Part shown: positions 30,709-41,717 of the stretch, in pieces
How the letters are laid out: the number at the start of each line of letters is the position of its first letter
Position numbering within the stretch: the stretch's first letter is position 1
Assembly (NCBI GenBank): GCA_963803145.1
Contig: CAWDLW010000008.1
Coordinates: forward strand, 1 to 64,000
Length of the DNA stretch: 64,000 nt
Source of the DNA: Methanotrichaceae archaeon
Lineage (GTDB): Archaea; Halobacteriota; Methanosarcinia; Methanotrichales; Methanotrichaceae
Direction: 5' to 3'
Program-made: the position numbers and the translations under genes
The notes under the pieces: model-generated
The model's database searches: none
What the model saw: only the letters and a program-made list of their open reading frames with translations
What the model was told of the DNA's origin: nothing

Positions 30709-31398
30709 GTGCGATGCATCTTTGTTCTTGATCTATTTAATGGTGCGGTAGTTCATGCAGTTCGTGGCGAGCGAAGCCGTTACGAGGCCGTAGAGAGATT
30801 CAGCCAAATAGTTTCTTCTTCGAATCCAATAGAGATGATTGGAAAGATCAGGCCAAAGGATATCTACATTGCAGATTTAAACATGCTCACAGGCAAAGAT
30901 GATAACCTAGATATCATCAAAAGTATCTCCTGCCTCGCAAAGACAATGGCCGACATAGCAGTCTCGAAAATTTCGGATCTGGGCAATTTGCCTAATGATA
31001 TCAGCCCTATTTTAGGGACTGAAACAGCATCCTTAAGGTTGATACAGGAAGCGTCCCTGTTAAGAGACATCACAGTAAGTATCGATATTAAGAATGGGAA
31101 GGTTCTGTCGGAAGATCCCGGGCAGATGTTGCAGGAGCCTTTGGATTTCTTGCGCAGGCTAAACGAAGTCCGTCTTGATGCCGTCATCCTGCTGGATCTT
31201 GATCGAGTGGGTGTATCCGCTGGCCTTAACAAAAAGTTTCTGGAAAATGCGGTCTCAGTTAGTGATCATCCGCTGATTTTAGGAGGCGGGATCAGCGGGA
31301 TAGAGGATTTGCAATCGCTGGAGGATATAGGTTTCAAGGGTGCGCTGACTGCGACGGCAGTGCATAATGGAAGGATTCCACTGGAGATGTTACGCTAG
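30709..31398 (+). CDS. HisA/HisF-related TIM-barrel protein (methanogen/methylotroph C1-cofactor cluster type)
   Basis: VLDLFNGAVVHAVRGER, YIADL, LDLDRVG, GGGI, ATAVHNG. Confidence 0.85.
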   Translation: MRCIFVLDLFNGAVVHAVRGERSRYEAVERFSQIVSSSNPIEMIGKIRPKDIYIADLNMLTGKDDNLDIIKSISCLAKTMADIAVSKISDLGNLPNDISPILGTETASLRLIQEASLLRDITVSIDIKNGKVLSEDPGQMLQEPLDFLRRLNEVRLDAVILLDLDRVGVSAGLNKKFLENAVSVSDHPLILGGGISGIEDLQSLEDIGFKGALTATAVHNGRIPLEMLR

Positions 31399-31524
31399 AA
31401 AGGCGCTCTTCTTCTGGCTTAATGCGTTTTAAAAAACATAAGTAGGACTGACAACTTATAAGGCAGTCCTTTGGATTCTCAGCCAATAAAGTCTGTTCTA
31501 GGACTTGTTAGGTTTATTAACCTT

Positions 31525-32325
31525 CTAAGTGCCTGCCGAGTGAGGCATAGGCATCCCGCCGTAGAATGCTCTTTGTACTGGATCCATAGATGCTATATCT
31601 TTAGTAATTGGGGCCTTTGAATCTTTAAGCGTATCTGCATTATCTGATGAATCGGTATTTCCACTTGTCGTTATGCTATCTATTATGGCCTTTACAATCT
31701 CTCCATTTGTAATCTTATTGTTCGCATTGGATGTTTTATTGGCGCAATCTGGGCATGAATCGTCTGAAACAGTTTTCACCGTTATTGGTAAGGTAGGTAT
31801 GGTTGGAATGGGCACGTTCACTGCAGGCAAGGTTGGTGCCGATGGAATGGGCACGTTCGTTGAAGGCAATGTAGGTGTCTGTGGAACTGGGCATCCGATA
31901 CATGGTGATGGCTGTGGTTGAGGCTGTGGCTGAGGTTGTGGTTGAGGCTGTGGCTGAGGTTGCGGTTGGGGCTGTGGTTGAGGCTGCGGAGTCGGCGTGG
32001 GTGTGATAGGTGTTGGTATTGGTGTAATAGGTGTGGGTGTTGGCGTAATCGGTGTAGGTGTTGGCGTAATTGGAGTGGGCGTCACAATTGGGTAGACTCG
32101 CTGTGGAACCACTGCCGCATGCTGACAAGTTTTTTCACCGCAGCTTTGTTCGCATATCATCTGGTGCGGGCCATAGGTTATAGCTGGGCAGAATTTCCAA
32201 GGATCAAGGTTTACGGGAGGATAGTAATCTTTATCGTAGCTGTATGATGTACATGTCGCTACTGCCCATGAGGTCAGTAACAATAGCGGTATAATTATTA
32301 ATGCTAAGGTTGTTCTGTTTTTCAT
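31525..32325 (-). CDS. Secreted Pro-rich protein with PT/PI and PQ repeat linker
   Basis: Signal peptide, Cys-rich N-domain, (PTP)n and (PQ)n low-complexity tract at ~31910-32085. Confidence 0.75.
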   Translation of the reverse strand: MKNRTTLALIIIPLLLLTSWAVATCTSYSYDKDYYPPVNLDPWKFCPAITYGPHQMICEQSCGEKTCQHAAVVPQRVYPIVTPTPITPTPTPITPTPTPITPIPTPITPTPTPQPQPQPQPQPQPQPQPQPQPQPQPQPSPCIGCPVPQTPTLPSTNVPIPSAPTLPAVNVPIPTIPTLPITVKTVSDDSCPDCANKTSNANNKITNGEIVKAIIDSITTSGNTDSSDNADTLKDSKAPITKDIASMDPVQRAFYGGMPMPHSAGT

Positions 32326-32775
32326 AGGACACTCTTCCTTAAAGATTTATGGAAGAATATTAAGCATTTATACATTAAAATGGTTACTGTAATATAATTA
32401 CTGATGTGATATAATGACGTCAATAAAGCATGCCATGAAGCTACTATTATACATATATCGCCTGAGCATATAGAGCACTAAGTCTCTTCGCCATTTATAC
32501 TAGCGGTATTAAGATAACGGCTAGCCTAAATTAAATAGCAGTAACCCGTCAAAATGATCTGCTCTGTTATGCCCATGCCCCTTGAAGCCGATCAGTAACT
32601 TAAGCGCTGAGAATATCCCTTTTTCTCGGCGGCCTTTTCTACAATTACAAAAAGTAGATCTCCCACTAAAATACGAGTAACTTCGCACTGCCTTTGACTA
32701 TAAAAATGATTTATGTGCCCTCCCTTCCACCTCTACGAGATAAGCTTATTTTCCAGAAAAACATAAACAATTAAG

Positions 32776-33291
32776 GTGGATAATATGCTGGATATACTAA
32801 GAAAAAGGCGGAGCATACGAAAATACAAGGATAAAAAAATCGAACCAGATATTGTAGATCAGCTGAAGGAGGCCGCCTTGCGCTCGCCTTCCTCCCGCGG
32901 CATCGGGCCCTGGAGGTTCCTTTTTGTTACAGATAAAGCTAGACTGGATGAGCTCTCCAGGGCAAAAGAACACGGCTCTAGCTTCCTGAAGAGCGCAAGC
33001 TTGGGAGTGGTCGTTTGTGCTGATGAGACCGAGTCGGATGTCTGGATTGAGGACTGTTCCATTGCCTCAATAATTATGCAGCTAACAGGCCAGAGTCTAG
33101 GTTTGGGATCCTGCTGGATCCAGATAAGAAATAGATTGCATAGAGATTCCATGGCCTCGGAGGACTTCATCAGAATGGTGCTCAATTTATCGGATAATAT
33201 AAGGGTTGAATCGATTATTGCCTTTGGGTATCCTGACGAAGAGCTGCCTTCTGTCCCTAAAGAGCAGCTGGAGTATGACAAAATCCTCTAA
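32776..33291 (+). CDS. Nitroreductase family protein
   Basis: RRSIRKY, SPSS...PW, GLGSCW, FGYPDE. Confidence 0.92.
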   Translation: MDNMLDILRKRRSIRKYKDKKIEPDIVDQLKEAALRSPSSRGIGPWRFLFVTDKARLDELSRAKEHGSSFLKSASLGVVVCADETESDVWIEDCSIASIIMQLTGQSLGLGSCWIQIRNRLHRDSMASEDFIRMVLNLSDNIRVESIIAFGYPDEELPSVPKEQLEYDKIL

Positions 33292-33483
33292 GACAAACAA
33301 TTAGCAAATGGGCCTGTATACTCGTATTATTAACAATACTAGAAAGTTATGGGCAGAGTCTACATTATTGAGGGCTAAAAGCGTTTACATTTTTTACTTT
33401 TACTTTAATCGACTATTTTATATTTTAACGCATGAAAGGTTGATATACGAAGAACGAACGTGTATCATCAGGAATGATTAATT

Positions 33484-33751
33484 ATGGATGATACCACAAT
33501 TGCTAATCTGAATAATTTTAGGCAATTGGTAGAACTGATGGAGACAAGTTGCTTTTCTAAGGTTCCTCCTCATCAAATGGTACCACCTATATACTTGGCA
33601 AGTCTGAGCTTGCTCGAGAAATCCGAAGATATAATAATAATTTTTGATACTGATGGAAGATACCTATATTATAATGGGTCGAGTAAATATAATCTTACAG
33701 CAAATGATGGACATAACCGAATACAAGCATACGGAGATGGAGCTGAGGTAG
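33484..33751 (+). pseudogene. Degraded N-terminal PAS region of the downstream kinase
   Basis: PAS start (DIIIIFDTDGRYLYYN) abuts, out of frame, a PAS end (DITEYKHTEMELR) followed by an in-frame TAG at 33749-33751. Confidence 0.6.
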
Positions 33752-35902
33752 GTGCGGAGCGGGCTAGAGCAGAAGGTTAATGGTAGAACCGAAGACCTCC
33801 TAATTGCTTACGAATCGCTGAATGCTATGATTGAAGGGCATAAGAGGGCTGAAGGATTATTAAGGCGGCAGCGCGATTTGGCAGTCGCCTTAAGCTCTGC
33901 TAGCGATCTGAAGTTAGCGTTGAGCCTTATCTTGGATGCTGCTCTCCAAATTGATGGTTTAGATGGCGGCGTCGTCTATATCGTAAATGAATCTAATGGT
34001 GAATTGGATCTAATACTGCATAAGGGTCTATCAGAGCATTTTATAGAGAGTTTCTCTCATTGCGATGCTGATTCGCCCCGAGCTCGAATTATTAAATCTG
34101 GTGAATTAATCTATTGGGATTATACAGATATTTCCAGATACCCTTGCAGAGATCTCTATGAAGAGGGATTAAAGTCATTAGCAGTTCTTCCAGTGAAGTA
34201 TAAAGCCGGAGTCATAGCCGCCCTAAATCTGGCTTCTCGCAGTTACAGCCAAATACCGTTAGGTGTTCGAAATACTCTAGAAGCCTTTGCTGCGGATATT
34301 GCAGGAATTATTGCCAGGATCAAGATAGATGAGGAGATCAAACAGAGTGAAGAGAGATTCAGAGCAATCTTCGATACTGCCAAGGACTCGATTTTTATCA
34401 AGGATGAATCTCTTTGTTACATCCAGGCCAACCCTACTATGGAGAGGCTTTTCAATCTACCAACATCGGAGCTCATAGGAAAAACCGATATGGATCTCTT
34501 TGGCAATGAGGCGGCTGAGAAAATACGGGAATCCGATCTTAAAGTGTTGAGCGGCGAGATCGTTGAAGAAAAGCGCACTAAGCCTGTAAATGGTATGTCT
34601 ATGACATTTCATACAATCAAGGCGCCTATGAGGGATAGATCAGGGAAAATCATAGGTCTGTGCGGGATTGCCAGGGATATCACCGACTTAAAGCTGGTTG
34701 AGAATGAGCTAAAGCGGGCAAAAGGAGAGGCTGAGGCTGCAACTAAGGCTAAATCCGAATTCCTGGCAAATATGAGCCACGAGATACGCACACCCATGAA
34801 TGCAGTTATAGGCATAACAGGTTTGCTTCTAGATACAAATCCTACCTCTGAGCAGCGGATGCTTATTGAGACTATTCAGACCAGCGGAAATGCATTGATC
34901 TCTATTATAAACGATATTCTTGACCTCTCAAAGATAGATAGCGGTAAGCTAAAGCTTGAAGGCAGGATCTTTGATCTTGAGTCCTGTATAGACGATTCTC
35001 TTGAGTTAGTGGCTCAAAGTGCATCGGAAAAAAGTTTGAACCTATCCTATAGGATAGATGAAAGCACTCCTAGGATAATCTCTGGCGATCCGACGAGGCT
35101 GCGCCAGGTTATGGTCAATCTCTTAAATAATGCAGTTAAGTTCACAGAAACTGGGGAGATACATCTCTTTGTGGACAGCAAGAATTATGGTAAAGGATAC
35201 GAGATTTATTTTGAGGTCAAAGATACAGGGATTGGAATCCCTGAGGATAAAATTAAAAATCTCTTTCAATCCTTCAGCCAAGTTGATGCATCGACTACTC
35301 GGAGATATGGCGGGACTGGTCTTGGGCTCGCCATTAGCAAGAGATTGGTAGAGCTAATGGGAGGAAGAATCTGGGTTGAAAGCATCCCCGGAATGGGTTC
35401 TACCTTCTGTTTCACAATTCTGTCCGATCAAATTGTTAACAGTCTTTCAGAGGCCAAAGAGCCATCCTGCCGCTTTGAGACTCATTTGGATAGGGGGCAA
35501 GATCGAACATTAAAAGATCGGACATTAAATATACTGCTCGCAGAAGATAATTCGGTTAACCAGATGGTAATGCTGCGAATGCTGAAGAAGATAGGGCATA
35601 AAGCAGACATAGCTGCTAATGGTCTGGAGGTACTGCGTGCTCTAGAGAATTCTTCATATGATGTCATACTTATGGATATACAAATGCCAGAGATGGATGG
35701 GCTCGAGGCTACAAGGATTATTCGTCAGCGCTGGCCTGATCACAAGCCAAAGATAATAGCCATAACAGCCTACGCTCTTAATGGTGATCGGGAGAGATGT
35801 CTGAAAGCAGGTATGGATGACTATATCAGCAAGCCTGTGCAGTGCAGTGAGCTTGAAAATGCATTGAAACGGCATCAATATGTGGGATCAAAGAACGGTT
35901 AG
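33752..35902 (+). CDS. Hybrid sensor histidine kinase (GAF-PAS-HisKA-HATPase-REC)
   Basis: [50 protein letters not shown]. Confidence 0.92.
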   Translation: MRSGLEQKVNGRTEDLLIAYESLNAMIEGHKRAEGLLRRQRDLAVALSSASDLKLALSLILDAALQIDGLDGGVVYIVNESNGELDLILHKGLSEHFIESFSHCDADSPRARIIKSGELIYWDYTDISRYPCRDLYEEGLKSLAVLPVKYKAGVIAALNLASRSYSQIPLGVRNTLEAFAADIAGIIARIKIDEEIKQSEERFRAIFDTAKDSIFIKDESLCYIQANPTMERLFNLPTSELIGKTDMDLFGNEAAEKIRESDLKVLSGEIVEEKRTKPVNGMSMTFHTIKAPMRDRSGKIIGLCGIARDITDLKLVENELKRAKGEAEAATKAKSEFLANMSHEIRTPMNAVIGITGLLLDTNPTSEQRMLIETIQTSGNALISIINDILDLSKIDSGKLKLEGRIFDLESCIDDSLELVAQSASEKSLNLSYRIDESTPRIISGDPTRLRQVMVNLLNNAVKFTETGEIHLFVDSKNYGKGYEIYFEVKDTGIGIPEDKIKNLFQSFSQVDASTTRRYGGTGLGLAISKRLVELMGGRIWVESIPGMGSTFCFTILSDQIVNSLSEAKEPSCRFETHLDRGQDRTLKDRTLNILLAEDNSVNQMVMLRMLKKIGHKADIAANGLEVLRALENSSYDVILMDIQMPEMDGLEATRIIRQRWPDHKPKIIAITAYALNGDRERCLKAGMDDYISKPVQCSELENALKRHQYVGSKNG

Positions 35903-36018
35903 GAGATGGCTAATAAACTGTAGCTAACAAATTATGGCCGATAAACTATAGTACATAAATATAGCATAACAAGTCTTGATTTTACTATATTGATATCCAA
36001 TAGCTAAAAATCAAAAGT

Positions 36019-36939
36019 TCAGGCCTCATCGATCTCCCAGCCAAGTCTCTCTTTTATTATCAGATAGCTCATTTCAGGTGAGATCGCACCCACCTCTGTG
36101 CAGATCAAATCGATATATTGATGAGGCGTTACATCAAAGGCTGGATTGCGGACATGAACATGCTTGTACTTTTGGAAATCGGGCAGGATCTCCTTGGGAT
36201 TCCGCTCCTCGATTGGCACCAGCTCACCAAGGATGGTCATGGGGCTGAATTTGTATGTCTCTGCAGCCACCATAAAGCTAGTCCTTGCCTCATGAGCGCA
36301 AAGGGCGATCTGGGCAGTGCCTATTTTATTTACAAGAGTACCGTTAGCCGTAACCACGTCAGCTCCTACTACCACAAGATCGACCTCATTCATTACGCTT
36401 CTGACTGCAGAATCAACTATAAGCTCCGTCTCAATACCCAGCTCATCCAGGATTCCAATCGTCAGGATGCCCTGATACCTCGGCCTCGATTCGGTGGCAA
36501 TGACCTTAATCATCTTGCCCGCTTTGTGGGCTGTGCCAATGACGGAGAGCGCCGCCATTGAGTTACAATGTGTGAGAACAGTATCGCCGTCTCTAATTCG
36601 GCGGCTGCCTATTTCGCCGATCCTCTCGACCGCCCTTTCAGAGCTCTCAATGAACTTTTCGGCATTGGATATAACAGCTCTGCGGGCTGACTCGATATTA
36701 TCGGCTTTATAGTTCATGACCATCCTGATAGCGTTAGAAAGGGATACGGCGGTCGGCCTGGTATTAAGAAGAACGTCTGCTGCATTTTTCATCTCCGAAT
36801 TGAACTCGTCGAGACTTTTTACATCCAGGCTAATAGCAAAATCCTTCAGTGCCTTAGCAGCAGCCCTGGCGATCTTTCCAGCACCACGAATCTCCATGCT
36901 GCTTATCTTCTCTGCAGTTTCAAGCACTTGATTTATCAT
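36019..36939 (-). CDS. Ribose-1,5-bisphosphate isomerase (eIF2B-like)
   Basis: MEIRGAG, RPTAVSL, THCNS, ESRP, NKIGT, NPAFDVTP. Confidence 0.92.
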   Translation of the reverse strand: MINQVLETAEKISSMEIRGAGKIARAAAKALKDFAISLDVKSLDEFNSEMKNAADVLLNTRPTAVSLSNAIRMVMNYKADNIESARRAVISNAEKFIESSERAVERIGEIGSRRIRDGDTVLTHCNSMAALSVIGTAHKAGKMIKVIATESRPRYQGILTIGILDELGIETELIVDSAVRSVMNEVDLVVVGADVVTANGTLVNKIGTAQIALCAHEARTSFMVAAETYKFSPMTILGELVPIEERNPKEILPDFQKYKHVHVRNPAFDVTPHQYIDLICTEVGAISPEMSYLIIKERLGWEIDEA

Positions 36940-36993
36940 GATTGGGCTTTTCCGCTAATTAAGGATATATCGGTTTTCAATTGAACTACGGGT

Positions 36994-37473
36994 TCAAGCT
37001 GCCAGTTTTTTTGCGAGGTTAGCGACCCTCGATCCTATCTGTCTACAGGCCTCAAGTGCGCTTTTGTTCGGCTCGCCAACAGCAATTGCGCCATAATGGC
37101 CGCCGGACGCCATTGGATCTCCCACTACTATCATCGAGTGGATGAGCATTGCTTGGAGAATTGAAAGCAATGTTGTCTGGTTTCCGCCATCGCAGCTGCC
37201 TGAGGATGTGAATGCTGCACCAACTTTATTTTCCAATTGGCCGCGAACGTCCGTTGATCTATCAAAGATCTGCTTTATCTCCGCCGCCATCTGACCGTAG
37301 TAAGTAGGAGACCCTATGATTATGCCATCGGCTGCCTTGAGATCCGCCGAAGTAACTTCTGGGGCTTTCTTCACTGTAACATCAGCACCTGCAGATTTAG
37401 CACCATCTGCCACTGCTCTGGCCATTTTCTCTGTGTTGCCAGTCATTGAATGATAAGCTATCAGTATTTTCAT
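36994..37473 (-). CDS. WrbA-like flavodoxin/NAD(P)H:quinone oxidoreductase
   Basis: YHSMTGNT, GSPTYYG, KVGAAFTS, GGNQTTL. Confidence 0.88.
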   Translation of the reverse strand: MKILIAYHSMTGNTEKMARAVADGAKSAGADVTVKKAPEVTSADLKAADGIIIGSPTYYGQMAAEIKQIFDRSTDVRGQLENKVGAAFTSSGSCDGGNQTTLLSILQAMLIHSMIVVGDPMASGGHYGAIAVGEPNKSALEACRQIGSRVANLAKKLAA

Positions 37474-37518
37474 GATAATACCTCACTAAACCTTCATAAA
37501 AGTTTTTTAGAATACGTT

Positions 37519-37872
37519 TCATATTCTATTTAACACTATCTTATCTCCAGCATTTACATTTTTGAATATTTCTATTCCTTGAGTTACGCTTCCCAAATGG
37601 TTTACGGGCGAGTAAGGTTGGGTTTCGCCAAAAAATATACAGAGTGCACATCCAGGAGACCAGTACGATACATCCCCTTTGATGGCTGAGGGGGATGCGT
37701 TCTCATCGGTGGCCTTTAGGGGGATCTCAAAGTAGATCTCTTCGCCCCAGAGGTTCCCCCTTGCCTCAATCGGAAGCATCTGATAAAGCTCTTGTGAAAT
37801 TTGCGGATTCCTCTCATCCAGCTCTATAGTTGCTTTCCCAATGCCAGGAATATTGATCTCTATACGTTTCAT
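37519..37872 (-). CDS. Cyclophilin-like fold protein (DUF369/UPF0310)
   Basis: WGEEIYF, GDVSYWSPG, CIFFG; ATG at 37872 preferred over track start 38007. Confidence 0.8.
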   Translation of the reverse strand: MKRIEINIPGIGKATIELDERNPQISQELYQMLPIEARGNLWGEEIYFEIPLKATDENASPSAIKGDVSYWSPGCALCIFFGETQPYSPVNHLGSVTQGIEIFKNVNAGDKIVLNRI

Positions 37873-38244
37873 GCTTACCACATCGCTTGATAATATTGAA
37901 AAGGGCTTCTTAAGCCATAATACTTTTCGGAAATCTCCAAAATACATGTACCCAATGGTAATTAATGCGGAGAATACTTTCGCCCTACGCTCGGATAAGA
38001 TATTCATAGCTAATATTACTACTATGGCTTGGTCCGCTCGCTAGAACTCTTTTGCTACTCCCTGCGAGCGGTTTCATCCCCCTAGGTGGATATTGGTACA
38101 CTTCCTATACTGATTATAAACAATTGGAAAATTTATATACATGACACATTGATACTCTATTTTGCTTAACGCTGAAATAGTCCAGCTCTTGATATCGCGA
38201 GCCTGGATAATCGCTGGATTCTCCTAATTTGGAAGTGCGCTAAC

Positions 38245-38925
38245 ATGATTGGTAAGTGTGAGCTGGTCGGCATCGAGGGTGTAAAAGGTATAATCTTCGA
38301 CTGCTATAATACTTTGATAGAGATAAGGACCGATGAGGACGATATTGCTACGTACCAGCCTGTCAGCAGGTGGCTGATGTATAAGGGTGTCAGGATTATG
38401 CCTGAAGATCTGATGAGGGAATACAAGAGCTCAATAGATGCAGAGATGAAGGTAAGATGGGAAAAGTACCCTGAAGTTCGTGTGGAGCTAGTGCTGGGGC
38501 ATATCTGCAAACAGCATGAGCTTTGGGATATCGACGAGGATGCGATTGGGGTTGAGGCAGCACGCGCATTCAGAGCGGTGTCCCTTAGGAAGATAGATGT
38601 CTTTCATCAGAGTGAACGGCTCCTAAAGGAGCTTGAGGACTATCCAAAAGTTATACTTTCCAACGGCCAGAGGGTGTTTTCTGAGCTGGAGCTGAAGTAT
38701 TTCGGCCTTTACGATAAGTTTAAAAGCGTTATCTTCTCCTCAGATTTCGGTTATAAGAAGCCCGATCCAAGGATTTTCCTGGAGGCTGCTAAGGCGCTCG
38801 GGTTTGAACCTGAGAATATACTGTGCATAGGGGATAACTTCGAGAACGATATCGTCCCCTCCGCGAAGCTGGGGATGAAGGCATTACATATAGAGGAGGC
38901 CTGGAAGCTTTTCAATGTATACTAA
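38245..38925 (+). CDS. HAD-family hydrolase
   Basis: IFDCYNTL, SNG, KPDPRIF, GDNFEND. Confidence 0.88.
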   Translation: MIGKCELVGIEGVKGIIFDCYNTLIEIRTDEDDIATYQPVSRWLMYKGVRIMPEDLMREYKSSIDAEMKVRWEKYPEVRVELVLGHICKQHELWDIDEDAIGVEAARAFRAVSLRKIDVFHQSERLLKELEDYPKVILSNGQRVFSELELKYFGLYDKFKSVIFSSDFGYKKPDPRIFLEAAKALGFEPENILCIGDNFENDIVPSAKLGMKALHIEEAWKLFNVY

Positions 38926-39282
38926 AGAATAAATGGGTATTATTAATATAAATTAATCTTATTTTAATATAGGGCACTTCCATTACACCCTTATTTTTGC
39001 CTCCTGATTCAATAATTTTATATACTTTCTGTAGTCTCCAAGTTTTTGATTTTGCATACAAAATATAAACAATCGGCTGATAAAATAATACTATATTTTA
39101 TGATGATAGCACGAAATAGGTATACAACATTATCTAATTATGTTAAAATTAAATTCGGTTTATAAAGTTGGCGGTTGCAGCTAAAAACTTGGAAACTACA
39201 GTACTTTGTAGAAATTTATATTAAACTGCAATATATCGGGAATTGTTTACGGCAATCTATCCTGCCAAGAGAGCAGAGGATC

Positions 39283-40242
39283 ATGAGTTCAGAAAAAAGG
39301 GTAAGCACTTTGAAGCCAGGAGACGTTTTCAGAGACTGGCTGTTGAATATCCTGGGGGACAGAATACATAATAAGAATTGTAAAGTAGGGGTTTATAAAT
39401 TTCGCCCAGCCTCTCATACAGTTTGCAGATATGAGTTCGACGGTGAGGGATATAGCGTAGTTGCAAAGTTCTTCGCAGAGCCGATCGGCTGGAAGAGAGA
39501 CTATAATCCAGTCAGGTCTCTTGAGAGGGAGTTTGGTATACTCAAGAACGTCGAGCAAATTATCGATATCCCTAAGCCCATCGCGATGAAAAGGAGGTTT
39601 AACTGCGCTCTAGTGACAGAGTATGTCGAGGGGAGTCCCCTCTATAGATACATAAAGACTGAAGATGGCCTGTACGATAGGCTCACTGCAGTAGCCCAAA
39701 CCCTCCGTAGGCTCCACGACAATACCAGATCTGACTACAGGAAGGATCGGGAATTTGCCATGTTCCATAAGATCTTAGACCAGCTCGGGCTTGATCAAAC
39801 GACAAGGTCAAAGTATAATCATCTGCTTGGCGAGTGGTGGTATAGTCCCCTGATAAACCAGCCATATGGCTGTAGGATTCATAATGATCCCAATCCAGTC
39901 AACTACCTATTCAACCACAGAAAGCTCTACGCCATAGACTTCGAAAGCTCGTGGGAGCATGCCAACTTCGTGCATGACTTGGGGATTGTTGCTGCAGAGC
40001 TGAAGCATTACTTTGCTATACATAGGGGCGATGATCAGTTGGCTGAACCCTATATTGGCCACTTTCTCTGGCACTACAGCAGGAACGAGGCTGAGTTCTA
40101 TAGAATAACGCGGGCGCTTCCATTCTTCATGAGCCTGGGACTTCTCAGGATGGCTAGAATTGGGCTGGGACAGAGGCACAGTGCCTACGTATACAGGGAG
40201 GCTATGGCCTGCCTAAGTGCAGCAAGAGCAAATGGATATTAG
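39283..40242 (+). CDS. Aminoglycoside-phosphotransferase/choline-kinase-like protein
   Basis: VVAK, LRRLH, IHNDPNPVNYL, IDFE; ATG after GAGGA. Confidence 0.8.
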   Translation: MSSEKRVSTLKPGDVFRDWLLNILGDRIHNKNCKVGVYKFRPASHTVCRYEFDGEGYSVVAKFFAEPIGWKRDYNPVRSLEREFGILKNVEQIIDIPKPIAMKRRFNCALVTEYVEGSPLYRYIKTEDGLYDRLTAVAQTLRRLHDNTRSDYRKDREFAMFHKILDQLGLDQTTRSKYNHLLGEWWYSPLINQPYGCRIHNDPNPVNYLFNHRKLYAIDFESSWEHANFVHDLGIVAAELKHYFAIHRGDDQLAEPYIGHFLWHYSRNEAEFYRITRALPFFMSLGLLRMARIGLGQRHSAYVYREAMACLSAARANGY

Positions 40243-40258
40243 CCCTATATTTTAGACT

Positions 40259-40858
40259 TTATCTGCATCTTAATCTTATGTGCAGCCGATCAGAGTAGTT
40301 CATGCCCAGCATCAGTGCGAGGTTCCAGGCATCTTCTGCATATCTCAGTCCAGGATCAGTCCCAAACGGCATCAGCCAAATTCTCTCACAGGGAAGTGTT
40401 GGAGCTAGCTTTTCTAAGGTTTCCTGAGGCCAGCACCAAACTTTCGGGCCTATAACGAACTTCAAATGAACGTTCTCCTTTGAGGACCAGTATGCGAGAT
40501 CCACTTTTGAGCCATACTTAGGGCTGATAACTACACAATGAAGCTTCATCAGATCCTCATCAGGTATAGGATTGGTCCCATTGGCCTCAATGTGAGCTTC
40601 TTTGCCCTCTTTGGAGAGCATACAAAGCAGCTCGGATAGCTCAGTCATCTGTAGAGTCGGCTCACCCCCAGTAATGACTGCGCGTTTACAATTGATCTGG
40701 CTTAGAATCTCCTTGGGCGTTAGCTCTACCCAATCTTTGAAGTAAGTATCGCACCCCTCGCACCTCAAATTACAGCCTGCAAGTCTGACGAATGTTGCAG
40801 GCCTACCCATTGCAGGGCCCTCTCCCTGGATAGAGTCGAAGATCTCAGCTACACGCAT
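40259..40858 (-). CDS. queE: 7-carboxy-7-deazaguanine synthase, radical SAM
   Basis: EIFDSIQGEG, FVRLAGCNLRCEGCDT, ITGGEP, ISPK, RLH. Confidence 0.88.
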   Translation of the reverse strand: MRVAEIFDSIQGEGPAMGRPATFVRLAGCNLRCEGCDTYFKDWVELTPKEILSQINCKRAVITGGEPTLQMTELSELLCMLSKEGKEAHIEANGTNPIPDEDLMKLHCVVISPKYGSKVDLAYWSSKENVHLKFVIGPKVWCWPQETLEKLAPTLPCERIWLMPFGTDPGLRYAEDAWNLALMLGMNYSDRLHIRLRCR

Positions 40859-41034
40859 TAGATCTCAGGATGTGGTTCTTAGTAATAATATGATCCCTTG
40901 ATCTTAATATTATATGCTATTCCGAGTATCCTATACGATTTTCGATATCTTCGTAGAAATAGATGATCGATTAAAAGAAATTATTTCATCGATAAATTAT
41001 ATATATGGTAATGACATATATGGCAAGCTAAAGG

Positions 41035-41430
41035 GTGAGTAGCATGGCAACAAAGAAATTTATATGCAATAACTGTGGGGCTGTGAACATGGCAGAGATA
41101 ACCGCACAGGACCTGTCGGATCCTAGTGATGATGACTGGCTTCCTTGTGTACTTCCCACCGGCTTTGAGTGGTCTCTGCCTGCAGGGAAGATAACACCTG
41201 TAGTGGGAGATCCAATATATATCTCAGGTAACGGCGAGCAAATGAGTAGGGATGATTATATCCTGAAATACAATATCGATCCTGAGATCGCATATCAGCT
41301 GATGAGAGGAAGGATCACCAAAAGCTCTGCATACACGGCAATGAGCTCACAAATGAAAGAGCGTGCAAAGGCTAGCGTTAGCCGAGTATTAAAATTAAAT
41401 ACGGCGGATGATGACGACTGGACTGCATAA
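41035..41430 (+). CDS. Hypothetical protein with N-terminal CxxC
   Basis: FICNNCG; upstream TATA-like TTATATAT. Confidence 0.65.
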   Translation: MSSMATKKFICNNCGAVNMAEITAQDLSDPSDDDWLPCVLPTGFEWSLPAGKITPVVGDPIYISGNGEQMSRDDYILKYNIDPEIAYQLMRGRITKSSAYTAMSSQMKERAKASVSRVLKLNTADDDDWTA

Positions 41431-41717
41431 AGCAGTCCAAGCTGTCTTCACCATTACCTTTTCTTGTGTATTTATTGCCGCAGATACGATGGCAATATTC
41501 TTTTCAATATCAATCTATTATATTGATGTTATATAACTGTATGCACATCTATTCGATACAGCATTAACTTATTATCTAAGTTTTCTGGTTCATAAATTTC
41601 ATAAAGATAAGATTTTCGGGAGATACATTCAAATATGGGGTCTCTGGAGTTCATTCGCAAAGGTTATTCCTCGATAACCATGTAGGATCGAATGCGAGTA
41701 TAAGCTAAGGGATTAAG

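Noticed and set aside
33749-33751. Pyrrolysine read-through of the in-frame TAG
   Set aside because: No pyl genes in the window, and the adjacent deletion and frameshift indicate ordinary decay (one base change from CAG, AAG or GAG).
40259-40858. QueE as part of a 7-deazaguanine DNA-modification (dpd) system
   Set aside because: It stands alone with no dpd or tgt-like neighbours; preQ0 supply for tRNA archaeosine is the ordinary archaeal explanation.
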